A stretch of DNA of 32,000 bases from Candidatus Methylomirabilis oxygeniifera (GTDB taxonomy: Bacteria > Methylomirabilota > Methylomirabilia > Methylomirabilales > Methylomirabilaceae). A program made the position numbers and the translations under genes. This document shows, one piece after another, positions 31,509 to 32,000 of this stretch. Position 1 is the first letter of the stretch, and each line of letters begins with the position of its first letter. Under the pieces are notes generated by a model. It was not told the DNA's origin and ran no database searches. It saw nothing but the letters and a program-made list of their open reading frames with translations. The stretch spans positions 1,590,001 to 1,622,000 of the forward strand of contig FP565575.1 in the NCBI GenBank assembly GCA_000091165.1, given 5' to 3'.

Positions 31509-32000
31509 ATGTACATACTCGATCGCGTCTCGAAGGTATTCGCCGGTCGGACGATCGCCGTGCACGAGCTTGATCTGAAGGTCCGAAAGGGCGAGCGGGT
31601 GGCGTTCATCGGCCCGAGTGGAGCCGGCAAGACCACGCTGTTCCGAATGTTGAATCTGACCATTCCCCCAACCTCCGGGACCCTTCTGTTCGACGGACTG
31701 GATGTCGGTTGCTTCTCAGGACGGCGGTTGCGAGAGGTTCGATGTCGAATCGGAACGATCTACCAGCAACACAACCTCGTCCCTCGCCTGCAGGTCGTTC
31801 ATAATGTACTTTCAGGCAAACTTGGTGCCTGGTCCATCTGGCAGGCCGCGCGCTCGCTGATCCGGCCGACCGAGATCGAGCTTGCCTCTGAGGCACTCAC
31901 GCAGGTCGGCATTTCCGACAAACTGTACGAGCGGACCGAAACATTATCGGGCGGCCAACAGCAGCGCGTGGCGATCGCCCGGACGCTGGTACAAAATCCG
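31509..32000 (+). CDS. phnC: ABC transporter ATP-binding protein, PhnC-like; the 3' end lies outside the window
   Basis: Hand translation from the ATG at 31509 is open to the window end. It shows GPSGAGKTTL (Walker A), IYQQHNLV (Q-loop) and LSGGQQQRVAIARTLVQNP (signature). Confidence 0.85.
   Translation, partial: MYILDRVSKVFAGRTIAVHELDLKVRKGERVAFIGPSGAGKTTLFRMLNLTIPPTSGTLLFDGLDVGCFSGRRLREVRCRIGTIYQQHNLVPRLQVVHNVLSGKLGAWSIWQAARSLIRPTEIELASEALTQVGISDKLYERTETLSGGQQQRVAIARTLVQNP

Noticed and set aside
1-32000. I looked for CRISPR arrays, rRNA, integrase or prophage genes, restriction-modification systems and other defence systems, group II introns or retron reverse transcriptases, and T-box or other obvious riboswitch leaders.
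   Set aside because: I saw none. There are no spaced direct-repeat arrays. I recognised no integrase, reverse transcriptase or nuclease-helicase motifs in any long ORF. The only toxin-type module is vapBC.

Overview
This is a 32-kb bacterial window, roughly 57-60% GC by hand counts on sampled lines. I found no rRNA, no CRISPR array and no intact mobile element.

**Housekeeping block (nt 1 to 18.3 kb).** Nearly all genes are on the minus strand. In transcription order they are:
- tRNA-Val(GAC), thrS, infC, rpmI, rplT, pheS
- a ~1.4-kb insertion, then pheT
- a ZapB-like coiled-coil gene, zapA and a candidate 6S RNA
- rny, ymdB, folD and a small ORF
- a DUF971 gene, two Zn-dependent dehydrogenases and an orphan ORF

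The 3' part of a class A PBP gene sits on the plus strand at the left edge. The insertion between pheS and pheT carries a vapBC toxin-antitoxin pair on the opposite strand and a decayed IS630-like transposase remnant.

**Regulatory/accessory region (18.4 to 30.3 kb).** It contains:
- Three sigma-54 enhancer-binding proteins (bEBPs). Two are NtrC-type response regulators with adjacent histidine kinases. The third has an N-terminal 2Fe-2S ferredoxin domain plus a PAS-like region and lies in a GC-rich patch.
- Three candidate -24/-12 promoters, each preceded by a different palindrome.
- A low-GC outer-membrane protein with a coiled coil and a beta-barrel.
- A GlcG-like protein, a cupredoxin-like lipoprotein and a kinase-linked lipoprotein.
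- A CheY-like receiver whose stop overlaps the start of an OsmB-like glycine-zipper lipoprotein.

A PhnD/PhnC-type ABC importer runs off the right edge.

**Intergenic DNA.** It holds a dispersed 20-nt repeat, a 66-nt element that folds as a perfect four-way junction, and several strong hairpins.

**Overall assessment.** I do not see a recognisable defence island or an obviously new multi-gene machine. The best candidates for something undescribed are the ferredoxin-fused sigma-54 activator and the sigma-54 circuitry around it. All calls rest on motif recognition and hand translation; no searches or computations were run. Gene starts are often ambiguous and are flagged where I chose one.
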